A program made the position numbers and the translations under genes. This document shows positions 20,101 through 28,397 of a stretch of DNA of 64,000 bases, piece by piece. Positions within the stretch are counted from its first letter, which is position 1. Every line of letters starts with the position of its first letter. The notes beneath the pieces were generated by a model. That model worked only from the letters and a program-made list of their open reading frames with translations, ran no database searches and was not told the DNA's origin. This DNA is from Planctomycetota bacterium (GTDB lineage: Bacteria > Planctomycetota > UBA1135 > GCA-002748355): positions 7,864 through 71,863 of the forward strand of contig PDSF01000049.1 in the NCBI GenBank assembly GCA_002748355.1, in the 5' to 3' direction.

Positions 20101-20398
20101 CGGTGCCGACATCGAATTCGAGAGTGACGGTCCCTCCTCCCTCGACCGCCGTGCTGATCATCTGGCGCAGGCCGGGGACACTTTTCAATCGCTCCTCTTG
20201 TTCCTCGAGGATCTCGCTTTCGATTTCTTGCGGAGCAGCGCCCTCCCAATGAGTCGTGACCGTGATCAGCGGTATGTCGACATCAGGTGTCAGTTGGATG
20301 GGCAAGCGAGCGATCGAGAGACCGCCGAAGAGGACCAGCAGAAAGACGCCGACGAGAACCGTGACCGGTCTGGCGACGACGAAACGGATTGGGTCCAT
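17183..20398 (-). CDS. RND efflux transporter permease (AcrB/AcrD/AcrF family)
   Basis: 1071 aa; GMVVDNSIVVLENI, GTVVNNAIL, RVRPIFMST motifs. Confidence 0.95.
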   Translation of the reverse strand: MDPIRFVVARPVTVLVGVFLLVLFGGLSIARLPIQLTPDVDIPLITVTTHWEGAAPQEIESEILEEQEERLKSVPGLRQMISTAVEGGGTVTLEFDVGTDIARKLFEVDEKLQQVPSYPENVDKPSITSGETKGSNAIAWFILEVTPDSPVDPAELPYYRTLIVEEVQPIMGRSQGIAGIGLYGGVEREVQIRVDPFKLAARQITPSQLRTAIRTTNLDLSGGSIDSGKFSALVRTSGKYKTLAEIRETVIVKRKGQPVFLGDVASVDYGHKDAQAVVRNMSKPAIAMSATKQSGTNLISVMEDLQRNVDFINKEVLRPKGIQLRQVYDQTEYVFSAIGLVTQNLWVGGLLAMGVLLLFLRSLRSTLVIAVAIPTSVIGAFLGLEAMGRNLNVVSLAGLAFAVGMVVDNSIVVLENIYRHRQMGKGAFEAAYDGATEVWGAVVASTLTTLAVFLPVIFVQEEAGQLFRDIAIAISSAVATSLAISVLFIPMASARLSPTQRRNKEGRKRRFSPLRWLIGLGERFTKQVSRSVAWINSHVALQLGTVLGITFSSLLLAWLLLPPATYLPDGNRNLVLGFLIPPPGYNSNEFLSIAEQVESTLEPFYVEKADELPPELRRPAWFRGNGEIPGISQFFFVTFNNTAFMGAKSPDASNVPPLAQLLMYAGNSIAGTRAFALQSSLFSPGLSSGNSIDLEITGPDLDVINRTAGMVLGRCAGLFGPRSTRPEPTTFGLESPEYRIILDQARARDLGLNVQELGFFVRAMSDGAIISDYRTEGLTLDVKLMPPQAQSEIAESLDQLPIWTDLGRTVPISAVARVEETTAPTTIRRLEEQRAVRLTITAPPKMPLSVAMAKLQEEILSPMREAGQVPASVKFRLAGNADKLAATGAALQWNLILAILITFLLLSALFESFLYPIVIMLSVPLAGVGGVVGLDLTSWWTGQQLDILTMLGFVILIGTVVNNAILIVHQALQNIRNEGMSLDDAIQDSVRTRVRPIFMSTSTSVLGMMPLVLFPGAGSELYRGLGSVVVGGLIASTLLTLVLVPTLFHLFYSAQERGFAWLGSRSSASQS

Positions 20399-20401
20399 CG
20401 C

Positions 20402-21652
20402 TTACTTGTTCCTCAAGCCTGAGCCGGGCTGCGGGGTTTTCGGCGAAGGCTTGATCCGCACCGGGTCTCCTGGGCGCAAGACCTCGTTACCGCGAGTTAC
20501 GACGAGCTGTTTGGGCTGGAGTTGGCCACGGACTTCGACGACGTTGCCAGCGCGGACTCCTAGCTGAACAGGGATGGGCTGCGCTTTTCCCCCCAGGATG
20601 GCGTAGACGAAACGACCCCGCGGCGAGCGGACGATGGCGTCCCAGGGCACGGTCAGGACCTCGCCCTTCGTCGGGGTGGGGACGAAGGCGCGCGCTACCA
20701 TGCCCGGAAAGAGCTTCCTCTCGGGGTTGGGGATGCGCAGGCGGACGGGGATGGTCCGTGCCAGGCGATCGGCGCTCGGGATGATGCGGTGGATCCTCCC
20801 TTGGAAGCTCTTGCCGGGGAAGGCATCGAAGCGGACCTCGAACGGGAGCTTCCGGGGCATCTTGGCAAAGAGACGCTCGGGAACCGCGATCGTCAACTCG
20901 AGTGGATCCAGCTGCACGAATCGGCACAGAGGACTGCCGACGTTAACGTAGCTGCCCCGCTCGACGAGCTTCTCCAGGACGACTCCGGCGAAGGGCGCTT
21001 TGACTTGGGCCATTTCGATCTCGGTTCGGAGTCGTTCGGCCTCGGCCTGGACTTCCTGGACCCGAGCCTCGGCCCGAGCAAGGACTTCGCTGCGCGGGCC
21101 GGCTTCTACTCGCTCGAGTTCTGCCTGGGCTGCATGCAGCTCGGCGCGTCGGCTGTCAGCCTCTGCCTGTGCCTGGGTGTGCTCACGCTGGCTAGCGATC
21201 TTGTCCCGCAGCAGCTTGCTGATGCGCTGCAGCTCGTCCTCGGCCTGGATGCAGCGGGCCTTGCCGCGGGCGAGCTTGGCCCGGGCCTGGGCGATGTCTT
21301 CCTTGCGGCTGCCGCGGCGGTATTCCTCGAGCTGCGCCTTGGCGGTCCTGAGCTTTGCCTCGGCTGCCCGGAGCGAGATCTCCTTGATCGTGGTTTCGAG
21401 CTCGACGAGCACGGCATCGCCCTCGACGGCATCGCCCTCTTCGATTTCCAGCTTCTTGATGAGACCGGCGATCTCGGTGCCGAGGAGAAGGCTTCGTGCT
21501 GCCCGCACTTCGCCGAGGACCTCGAAGCTGGGCCGCAGTTGTTGCCGGAGCACGGGGGCCGCCTCGACCAGCTTGGCTTGCTGTTGTCCGGGCAGGGCGG
21601 CGCTCAGGGTTAGGGCTAGGAAGCCGATCGCGAGTGAGGGGAGTCGCTGCAT
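20402..21652 (-). CDS. RND periplasmic adaptor (membrane fusion protein)
   Basis: Lipoyl-like halves, coiled hairpin, KAPFAGVV; 3 nt from the permease start. ATG 21652 (alternative 21745). Confidence 0.9.
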   Translation of the reverse strand: MQRLPSLAIGFLALTLSAALPGQQQAKLVEAAPVLRQQLRPSFEVLGEVRAARSLLLGTEIAGLIKKLEIEEGDAVEGDAVLVELETTIKEISLRAAEAKLRTAKAQLEEYRRGSRKEDIAQARAKLARGKARCIQAEDELQRISKLLRDKIASQREHTQAQAEADSRRAELHAAQAELERVEAGPRSEVLARAEARVQEVQAEAERLRTEIEMAQVKAPFAGVVLEKLVERGSYVNVGSPLCRFVQLDPLELTIAVPERLFAKMPRKLPFEVRFDAFPGKSFQGRIHRIIPSADRLARTIPVRLRIPNPERKLFPGMVARAFVPTPTKGEVLTVPWDAIVRSPRGRFVYAILGGKAQPIPVQLGVRAGNVVEVRGQLQPKQLVVTRGNEVLRPGDPVRIKPSPKTPQPGSGLRNK

Positions 21653-21779
21653 TTCCGTCACCTGTAGCCTTTCGTGCGAAAAGAGGGCGGAGCAGCTTAG
21701 CAGGCAGGTTGCCAGGCACAAAACGCGGCTTTCGAGACGGCCCATCGAGCTTGCTGCCTCTGGCCGCTACCCTGCCGGG

Positions 21780-23000
21780 ATGAAAATCCAGCTCCTGTCT
21801 CTCGGCCTTTTGCTTGCGCTCGCGGCGCCTTTGCTCACCCAGAACAAGGCGGCAAAGAGCCTGGTCCGCTCTGGCCTCGACGTCCTCGTCGACGAGGACT
21901 TTCGTCGCCTGGAAGGGCGCAAGGTCGGTCTGATCACCAACCACACCGGCATTGACCGGGAAGGACGGCAGAACGTCGACTTGTTCTATGGGAGCAAGCG
22001 CTTCCAGCTCGTCGCCCTCTTTGGCCCCGAACATGGTATCCGCGGCGAGTTCGACCAGCCCGAAGTGCCCAGCGGCAAAGATGCCAAGACCGGTTTGCCG
22101 GTTTTCAGTTTGTATGGAAAGGATCCCCAGTCGCGTAAGCCAAGCGCCGAGCACCTGAAGGGCCTCGATACTCTGGTCTTTGACATCCAGGATATCGGCA
22201 CTCGCTTCTACACCTATATCTCGACCATGGCCTTGGCGATGGAAAGCGCGGCAGAGCACGGGTTGCGCTTCGTCGTCCTCGATCGACCGAATCCTATTGG
22301 CGGCGAACTGGTCGAGGGTCCGGTGCTGGACCAGGGTAAGGAATCCTTCGTCGGGGCCTGGACCCTCCCCGTGCGCCACGGCATGACTTGCGCCGAGTTG
22401 GCGCTGATGCTGCGCAAAGAAAAAGACCTCGATCTGGATCTGCAGGTGGTCGCGCTTCGCGGTTGGAAGCGTTCGATGTATTTCGAAGAGACCGGACTCT
22501 ACTGGGTCAACCCCAGCCCCAATATGCGGAATATGCACGAGGCCCTGCTTTATCCGGGTATCGGCCTACTTGAGTTCACCAACCTCTCGGTGGGGAGGGG
22601 TACGGATACTCCTTTCGAGCGCATTGGCGCACCTTGGCTTGATGGGCGCAGTCTGGCGGATCGATTGATGGCGAGGAGGCTACCGGGGGTTGTCTTCCAG
22701 CCGCTGCTTTTCCAGCCAAAGAGCAGCAAGTTTGCTGGTCGCTTGTGCAACGGTATTGCCATTCTCGTTACCGATCGGGCCCGTTTTAGGCCGCTGCGCA
22801 CCGGCATCGAGATCGCCGTGCTCCTGCGCCAGCTTCATCCCGAGGACTGGAAGGCCGAGCGTTACCAAAGACTATTGGCAGACGCTGCGACCTACGAAGC
22901 AGTGTTGGCTGCGCAGGACCCGGAAAAGATCCAGGAGTTGTGGGCTGCCGAGCTCGAGAGCTTCCTTGCTCGCAGGAAGCGTTTTTTGCTCTACGACTGA
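21780..23000 (+). CDS. namZ: Exo-beta-N-acetylmuramidase NamZ family (DUF1343)
   Basis: GLITNHTG, LFGPEHGIRG, DIQDIGTRFYTY, DRPNPIGG, PSPNM; signal peptide from ATG 21780. Confidence 0.9.
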   Translation: MKIQLLSLGLLLALAAPLLTQNKAAKSLVRSGLDVLVDEDFRRLEGRKVGLITNHTGIDREGRQNVDLFYGSKRFQLVALFGPEHGIRGEFDQPEVPSGKDAKTGLPVFSLYGKDPQSRKPSAEHLKGLDTLVFDIQDIGTRFYTYISTMALAMESAAEHGLRFVVLDRPNPIGGELVEGPVLDQGKESFVGAWTLPVRHGMTCAELALMLRKEKDLDLDLQVVALRGWKRSMYFEETGLYWVNPSPNMRNMHEALLYPGIGLLEFTNLSVGRGTDTPFERIGAPWLDGRSLADRLMARRLPGVVFQPLLFQPKSSKFAGRLCNGIAILVTDRARFRPLRTGIEIAVLLRQLHPEDWKAERYQRLLADAATYEAVLAAQDPEKIQELWAAELESFLARRKRFLLYD

Positions 23001-23035
23001 ACTTCAGCCGGTCGGGACTAAGAGGGAAATCAACA

Positions 23036-24250
23036 ATGACTGGCAACAATAAGATGAATACCCAAGATTACCTTGAACTCGAAGCGCGCTATAGCGCTCA
23101 CAATTATGCTCCTCTCGATGTCGTGCTGAGCCGGGGCAGTGGCGCCTGGGTTTGGGACGTCGACGACAATCGTTATCTCGATTGCCTCTCGGCTTATTCG
23201 GCTCTCAACCAGGGGCACCAGCACCCTCGGATCGTCGAGGCGCTCATCGAGCAGGCGCAGCGGCTCAGCCTGGTGTCTCGGGCTTTTCGCCAAGACCGCT
23301 TCGGGCCGCTATGCCGCAAGCTCTGCGAGCTGAGCGGTTTTGACAAGGCGCTGCTGATGAATAGCGGTGCCGAGGCGGTGGAGACTGCGATCAAGGCTGC
23401 GCGCAAATGGGGTTACGAGCACAAGGGCGTGCCCGAGGGCAAGGCTGAGATTATTGTCTTTGGCTCCAACTTCCACGGCCGGACCACGACCATCGTCGGC
23501 TTCTCCGATGACGATACGACGCACGAATATTTTGGCCCATATGCGCCGGGCTTCCGCTTGCTCCCCTATGGCGATCTAGAAGAAGTGCGGGCAGCCATGC
23601 ACGACGGCGTTGCTGCGATACTCGTTGAGCCGATTCAGGGGGAGGCAGGAGTGATCGTGCCGCCCGAGGACTTTTTGCCGGGGCTGCGTTCGCTCTGCGA
23701 CCAGTGGGACGCACTGCTGATCTGCGACGAAATCCAGTCGGGGCTCGGCCGAGCCGGGGCACTCTTTGCCCACCAAAAGATGGGGGTGCGCGCCGATGCC
23801 GTTACCGTCGGCAAGGCCCTTTCCGGCGGTCTTTATCCGGTCTCGGCTTTCCTCGCCGATGACGCGGTGATGCAGGTCTTTTCCCCTGGCACGCACGGGA
23901 GCACTTATGGCGGCAACCCGCTGGCCTGTGCTGTGTCCATTGCGGCCCTCGACGTGCTCATCGACGAGGGGCTTTGTGAGCGCTCGGATCAACTCGGCGG
24001 CTGGCTACTGCGTGAACTGCGTGAGCAGAACTTGTCCAAGGTCCGGGCCGTGCGCGGTTCTGGTCTCTGGCTTGGTATCGATCTCGAGCCGGAGGCCGGG
24101 AAGGCGCGCACGTACGTCGAGCAGCTCATGAAACGCGGGGTTCTTTGTAAAGACACCCAGGGCTCGACGATTCGGCTGGCGCCACCGCTGATCGTATTGG
24201 AGGAGGAGCTGCGCTTCTTGCTTGAGGCGCTGATCGCGGTGCTGAAGTAG
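23036..24250 (+). CDS. rocD: Ornithine--oxo-acid transaminase
   Basis: AHNYAPL, SAYSALNQGH, EPIQGEAGV, DEIQSGLGR, GKALSGG, HGSTYGGNPL. Confidence 0.93.
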   Translation: MTGNNKMNTQDYLELEARYSAHNYAPLDVVLSRGSGAWVWDVDDNRYLDCLSAYSALNQGHQHPRIVEALIEQAQRLSLVSRAFRQDRFGPLCRKLCELSGFDKALLMNSGAEAVETAIKAARKWGYEHKGVPEGKAEIIVFGSNFHGRTTTIVGFSDDDTTHEYFGPYAPGFRLLPYGDLEEVRAAMHDGVAAILVEPIQGEAGVIVPPEDFLPGLRSLCDQWDALLICDEIQSGLGRAGALFAHQKMGVRADAVTVGKALSGGLYPVSAFLADDAVMQVFSPGTHGSTYGGNPLACAVSIAALDVLIDEGLCERSDQLGGWLLRELREQNLSKVRAVRGSGLWLGIDLEPEAGKARTYVEQLMKRGVLCKDTQGSTIRLAPPLIVLEEELRFLLEALIAVLK

Positions 24251-24261
24251 TCCTGCGGCTA

Positions 24262-24287
24262 GCCACCTTTATCGCGATAAAGGTGGC
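24262..24287. terminator. Perfect 26-bp palindrome between convergent genes
   Basis: GCCACCTTTATCG|CGATAAAGGTGGC, 11 nt after the rocD stop. Confidence 0.6.
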
Positions 24288-24329
24288 AGATCCTGCGTTC
24301 TGCTACTCGCGGGTCCTTTTCGTCAGCCT

Positions 24330-24554
24330 TTAGGGCGCAATCGTAATCGCGTGTTCGGCTGCGCTGGGATGATTCAGCTTCAGCACGAACCAGCTGCTGG
24401 GGATTTGGAATACTGCCGTGGCTTCTCCATTCTGGTTGACCTTGACCTTGATGTAGCGCTCGTCACCGAGGCCGTTGTCGATCAGGATGATCGTGGTGCG
24501 CCCGGCGAGATCTTTGTTCTTGAACTTGATTACAAGCTTGTCGCCCTTCTTCAC
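24330..24554 (-). CDS. Small hypothetical beta-rich protein
   Basis: Protein-like composition, co-oriented with upstream genes; start uncertain. Confidence 0.5.
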   Translation of the reverse strand: MKKGDKLVIKFKNKDLAGRTTIILIDNGLGDERYIKVKVNQNGEATAVFQIPSSWFVLKLNHPSAAEHAITIAP

Positions 24555-24615
24555 GATGCGCTTGGTGCCTTGAAAACTGCCCAGCCATCGCGTTGTTAGC
24601 GGGGAGCCGTTTTGG

Positions 24616-25251
24616 CTAGCGGCCGTATGATCGATCCTTGCTGGACCAAGGAATGGGGAGGGCGAGAAAGCTACGGAACCAGGCCAGATGGATTTGCGCC
24701 ATCTTGCCTGATTCCCCTCCTAGTTCTTGGATTCGTTCGAGCCCCTGCATCGTATCGAGCAAGGTTTCGCCGATGCGCTGGATTGCAAGGCGTCTGGCCC
24801 CGACGGAGCCGTATTTACGTTGGAGGAGGAGCTGGGCTTCTGCATAACGTAGACCGATCTCGTCGCGCTCAAGCAAAGTGGGGACGCGCTTGCTTTGCGG
24901 AGTAGCCAGAGCGTTGATCACCACTGCGGCTTCGCTGCCGAGCACTCCGCCTTCTGCACGTTGGAGTAAGAGTTGTGGCAGGCTTTCACTAAAAGCGGCG
25001 CGAACGATGGTCTGGGCGCTGCTGAGCTGAGTTTCGCTGGCGAAGGGGTCGTGCAGGGCGAGAACAGCAGCCTCGACGCTGAGGCTTTTGCTGCTGTGCT
25101 GCTCGTTCCAACGGAGTGGGTTCTGCTGAGTGGCGATGACGGCGCCGCCCCCGATCATCCCGCAGAGGATGGCGCCGAGGAAGGAGATGGCGCTTCGCCT
25201 CAGCCCCTTGCGGGCTGAGGCTTGCTGACCTGGGTTTTCGAGCTTGAACAC
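24616..25251 (-). CDS. Membrane-anchored hypothetical protein with internal helical duplication
   Basis: N-terminal TM segment; starts 4 nt after the upstream stop. Confidence 0.6.
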   Translation of the reverse strand: MFKLENPGQQASARKGLRRSAISFLGAILCGMIGGGAVIATQQNPLRWNEQHSSKSLSVEAAVLALHDPFASETQLSSAQTIVRAAFSESLPQLLLQRAEGGVLGSEAAVVINALATPQSKRVPTLLERDEIGLRYAEAQLLLQRKYGSVGARRLAIQRIGETLLDTMQGLERIQELGGESGKMAQIHLAWFRSFLALPIPWSSKDRSYGR

Positions 25252-25255
25252 AGCT

Positions 25256-26278
25256 TTAACTACCTACCAAGACGCGGACGTAGTTGCTGCTGACCAGCCA
25301 AGTGCTGTTTGCTGCTTTGTCGAAGGACAGAAACTGCGTGTAGAAGCGCAGGCCGCCGAGGCTCCGGTCCATGGGGATGGCGATTGCTAGGCTCGTCCCG
25401 CCCGGTGTTGTTGTTACTGGGGTTATGGTCAAGGGCATGGTGTAGAGCTTGCATCCATTGGTATTCGGAAGTGGCGCGGGGAGGATGCTCGAATCGATGC
25501 TGGCGCCGAGCAGCATCATTGCTGGCACTCCCACCAAGGTGTCGTCGAGACGTGCCTGGATCCGGCTGCCGAGCTTGGGGACGCCGACGAAACTGTGGCT
25601 CGGTTTTTTCTTGTTGGAGCCTAGGCAGCCATCGCCGAAGGCGCCGGTTGTGGCCAGGTCGAAGGCGATTTGCACCATGAGTCCGGCAGTGCTGAACGAG
25701 CCGCTACTGGGGGTGACATTCTTTTTGTCAGCCAGGGCGTAGACGCGCTGAACGTTGTCAGCACGGAAGAAGCCAACTTCCGACAGGGTGCCGGTGCCTC
25801 GCGCGCCGCGAACTTCGATATCGATGACCAGGTTCCCTGCGGCCGGATCGAAGCTAAAGGGCCGCTCCAGGCCGATGCTGCTCCACAGGCCCTTATTGTG
25901 ATGCCAGTGATACTCGCGGGCACTCAAGCAGAGCTGAGAGCTCTTGCCCAGGTTGCTGGCGAAGCTCGTTGCGAGCTTTGGGCTCTTGGTCTGAGAAAGC
26001 CGGACCGTGATGCGGTCGAAGATGTGCCGACCCTTGCCCTCGGGGGCAAAGCCGATCTCGCGGATCGCTCGCTTGCTCCTGCCAAGTCGGGCGGCGGGGA
26101 TGAGGGTCTGATAGCGCTGGTTGCGGTACTCACCGAGTGACTCAAGACCGCCGAAGGGGATCATGTTGACCGAGCGGCCGCTGCTCTGGGAGTTGGGGAT
26201 GGGGACGAGGTCCTGGGCGCAGAGAGTGGCGCTGAGGGCCAGCAGAGAGAGGGCTAGCCTGGGGATCATTGGGGGCAT
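25256..26278 (-). CDS. Secreted hypothetical protein with FGxGC-type C-terminal domain
   Basis: Signal peptide MIPRLALSLLALSATLCAQ; C-terminal FGDGCLGS...FYTQF...SSN. Confidence 0.75.
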   Translation of the reverse strand: MPPMIPRLALSLLALSATLCAQDLVPIPNSQSSGRSVNMIPFGGLESLGEYRNQRYQTLIPAARLGRSKRAIREIGFAPEGKGRHIFDRITVRLSQTKSPKLATSFASNLGKSSQLCLSAREYHWHHNKGLWSSIGLERPFSFDPAAGNLVIDIEVRGARGTGTLSEVGFFRADNVQRVYALADKKNVTPSSGSFSTAGLMVQIAFDLATTGAFGDGCLGSNKKKPSHSFVGVPKLGSRIQARLDDTLVGVPAMMLLGASIDSSILPAPLPNTNGCKLYTMPLTITPVTTTPGGTSLAIAIPMDRSLGGLRFYTQFLSFDKAANSTWLVSSNYVRVLVGS

Positions 26279-26635
26279 TCCTTGCTCCAAATCTGAGAGA
26301 TGTCTGGGTAGCGGAGAGAAGCACGGCGGCTTATCCGTCGACGCGCCAGACGCTACCCCGTATGGCAAGGGTGCGAAAATCCTAAGATCTCCCCTTAGAG
26401 CAAGGGCTTAGCTGGGAGCATTGCATTTGTTAGGGGGGGCAGGGTGGGAGCTGGCTTGCACCGCCCCAGTATACGATTGGGCGTAAGCGTCCTTGGCTTG
26501 GCAGCTTTGAGCTAAGGCGTTCGCGACCCGCTAGCCCCCTGGGGCGGGCCTTGGCGGCTTCTTTCCTGTCTTGAGAATTTGACAGAACTGGCGAGGAGCT
26601 GGACGAGATCCAGGGCGAGCTAGACCCGGAAGCAG

Positions 26636-28246
26636 CTACATCCGGAAGACCGGAGCTCGGTAGTTCTCGATACCTGCGTTGAGGGAGGCTGAGATCCCAA
26701 GTGCCAGGACGCGGCGAGTGTCGAGGGGGTCGAGGACACCGTCGTCCCAGAGGCGGGCGGTGGAGTAGTACGGGTGCCCCTCGCGCTCGTACTTCTCGAG
26801 GATCGGGGTTTCGATCTTTGCCCTGTCCTCGGCGCTGAGTTCTTTGCCCTCGGCTCCGAGCTGGTCGGTCTTGACCTGGCTGAGTACGCCAGCTGCCTGT
26901 TCGCCGCCCATGACAGAGATGCGGGCGTTTGGCCACATGAAGAGGAGGCGGGGGCTGTAGGCACGGCCGCACATACCGTAGTTACCGGCTCCGAAGCTGC
27001 CGCCGACGAGAACGGTGAACTTGGGGACCTTGGCAGTGGCAACGGCCTGGACCATCTTGGCGCCGTCCTTGGCGATGCCCCCAGCTTCATACTTCGATCC
27101 GACCATGAAGCCGGTGATGTTTTGTAGGAAGAGCAGGGGGATGTGGCGCTGGGTGCAGAGTTCGATGAAGTGCGCCGCCTTGACCGCGCTTTCGCTGAAG
27201 AGGATGCCGTTATTGGCAAGGATGCCGACTGGGTAGCCGTGTAGGTGGGCGAAGCCGGTGACAAGCGTCGTGCCGTAGAGAGCTTTGAACTCGTGGAAGC
27301 GCGAGCCATCCACCATTCGGGCGATGAGTTCGCGTACGTCGTAGGGCGTGCGGTTGTCCTTCGGTAGGACGCCGTAGATCTCTGCTGGGTCGTAGTGAGG
27401 ATCCTCTGGCTCCTGTACGGCGATCGGGAGCTCCTTGCGGGAGCCTAGGTGTTGGACCGCGTCGCGGGCCATGCGGAGAGCTTGCTCTTCATCTTCTGCC
27501 AGGTGGTCGACGACACCAGAGCGCCGGGCGTGGAGATCGCCGCCGCCGAGGTCTTCAGCCGAAACGACCTCTCCGGTGGCGGCGCGCACCAGTGGTGGGC
27601 CTCCGAGGAAGATCGTGCCATTGCCTTTGACGATGATGGATTCATCGCTCATCGCCGGGACGTAGGCGCCGCCGGCGGTGCAGGAGCCGAGCACGACCGC
27701 GATCTGGGGGATCCTCTCGGCGCTCATCCGCGCCTGGTTGTAGAAGATGCGTCCGAAGTGGTCTCGGTCGGGGAAGACCTCATCTTGTAGGGGCAGGAAG
27801 GCACCGCCTGAGTCGACGAGGTAGATGCAGGGTAGGCGGTTCTCGAGGGCGATCTCCTGGGCACGAACGTGCTTCTTGACCGTCATTGGGAAGTAGGTTC
27901 CGCCCTTCACGGTGGCATCGTTGGCGACGAACATCACTTCGCGGTCATGCACTCGGCCGATGCCAGTCACGATGCTGGCCGAGGGCGCGGCGTCTTCGTA
28001 GAGCCCGTGCGCCGCCAAGGGGCTGAGTTCGAGGAAGGGGCTGCCCGGATCGATGATGTGGTCGATGCGTTCGCGAGGCAGGAGCTTGCCGCGGGAGTGA
28101 TGGCGCTCGACAGATTTGAGCGACCCTCCCTGCCGCACTCGTTCGAGATGGGCTTGGAGATCCTGAGCCAGGGCCGCGTGGTGGGCGGTGTTTTCCTTGA
28201 ACTCGGGGCTTTGGGTGCGGACGTGGCTCGGGAGTCTGGGGCTCAT
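26636..28246 (-). CDS. Methylcrotonoyl-CoA carboxylase, carboxyltransferase (beta) subunit
   Basis: [57 protein letters not shown]-terminus. Confidence 0.95.
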   Translation of the reverse strand: MSPRLPSHVRTQSPEFKENTAHHAALAQDLQAHLERVRQGGSLKSVERHHSRGKLLPRERIDHIIDPGSPFLELSPLAAHGLYEDAAPSASIVTGIGRVHDREVMFVANDATVKGGTYFPMTVKKHVRAQEIALENRLPCIYLVDSGGAFLPLQDEVFPDRDHFGRIFYNQARMSAERIPQIAVVLGSCTAGGAYVPAMSDESIIVKGNGTIFLGGPPLVRAATGEVVSAEDLGGGDLHARRSGVVDHLAEDEEQALRMARDAVQHLGSRKELPIAVQEPEDPHYDPAEIYGVLPKDNRTPYDVRELIARMVDGSRFHEFKALYGTTLVTGFAHLHGYPVGILANNGILFSESAVKAAHFIELCTQRHIPLLFLQNITGFMVGSKYEAGGIAKDGAKMVQAVATAKVPKFTVLVGGSFGAGNYGMCGRAYSPRLLFMWPNARISVMGGEQAAGVLSQVKTDQLGAEGKELSAEDRAKIETPILEKYEREGHPYYSTARLWDDGVLDPLDTRRVLALGISASLNAGIENYRAPVFRM

Positions 28247-28397
28247 CGCTGCTCTCGCTCGGGACGGCGTCGGAGGTCTCTTCTCGACGCTAGCAGCGTG
28301 GCGCGGCTGGATCCCGCACCTTTCGGCGCGGGATGACAAAGACCTCCCTGCTTCCGAGCCGCTCCTCTGTCACTGGAGGGCCGTTTGCGAGGCCCTG

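Noticed and set aside
17183-21652. RND pump as the dedicated exporter of the NRPS-PKS product
   Set aside because: Separated from the cluster by unrelated genes; nothing in the sequence links them.
21000-21779. 260-aa N-terminal extension on NamZ
   Set aside because: Antisense to the adaptor gene and Ser/Arg-rich; a signal peptide begins at ATG 21780.
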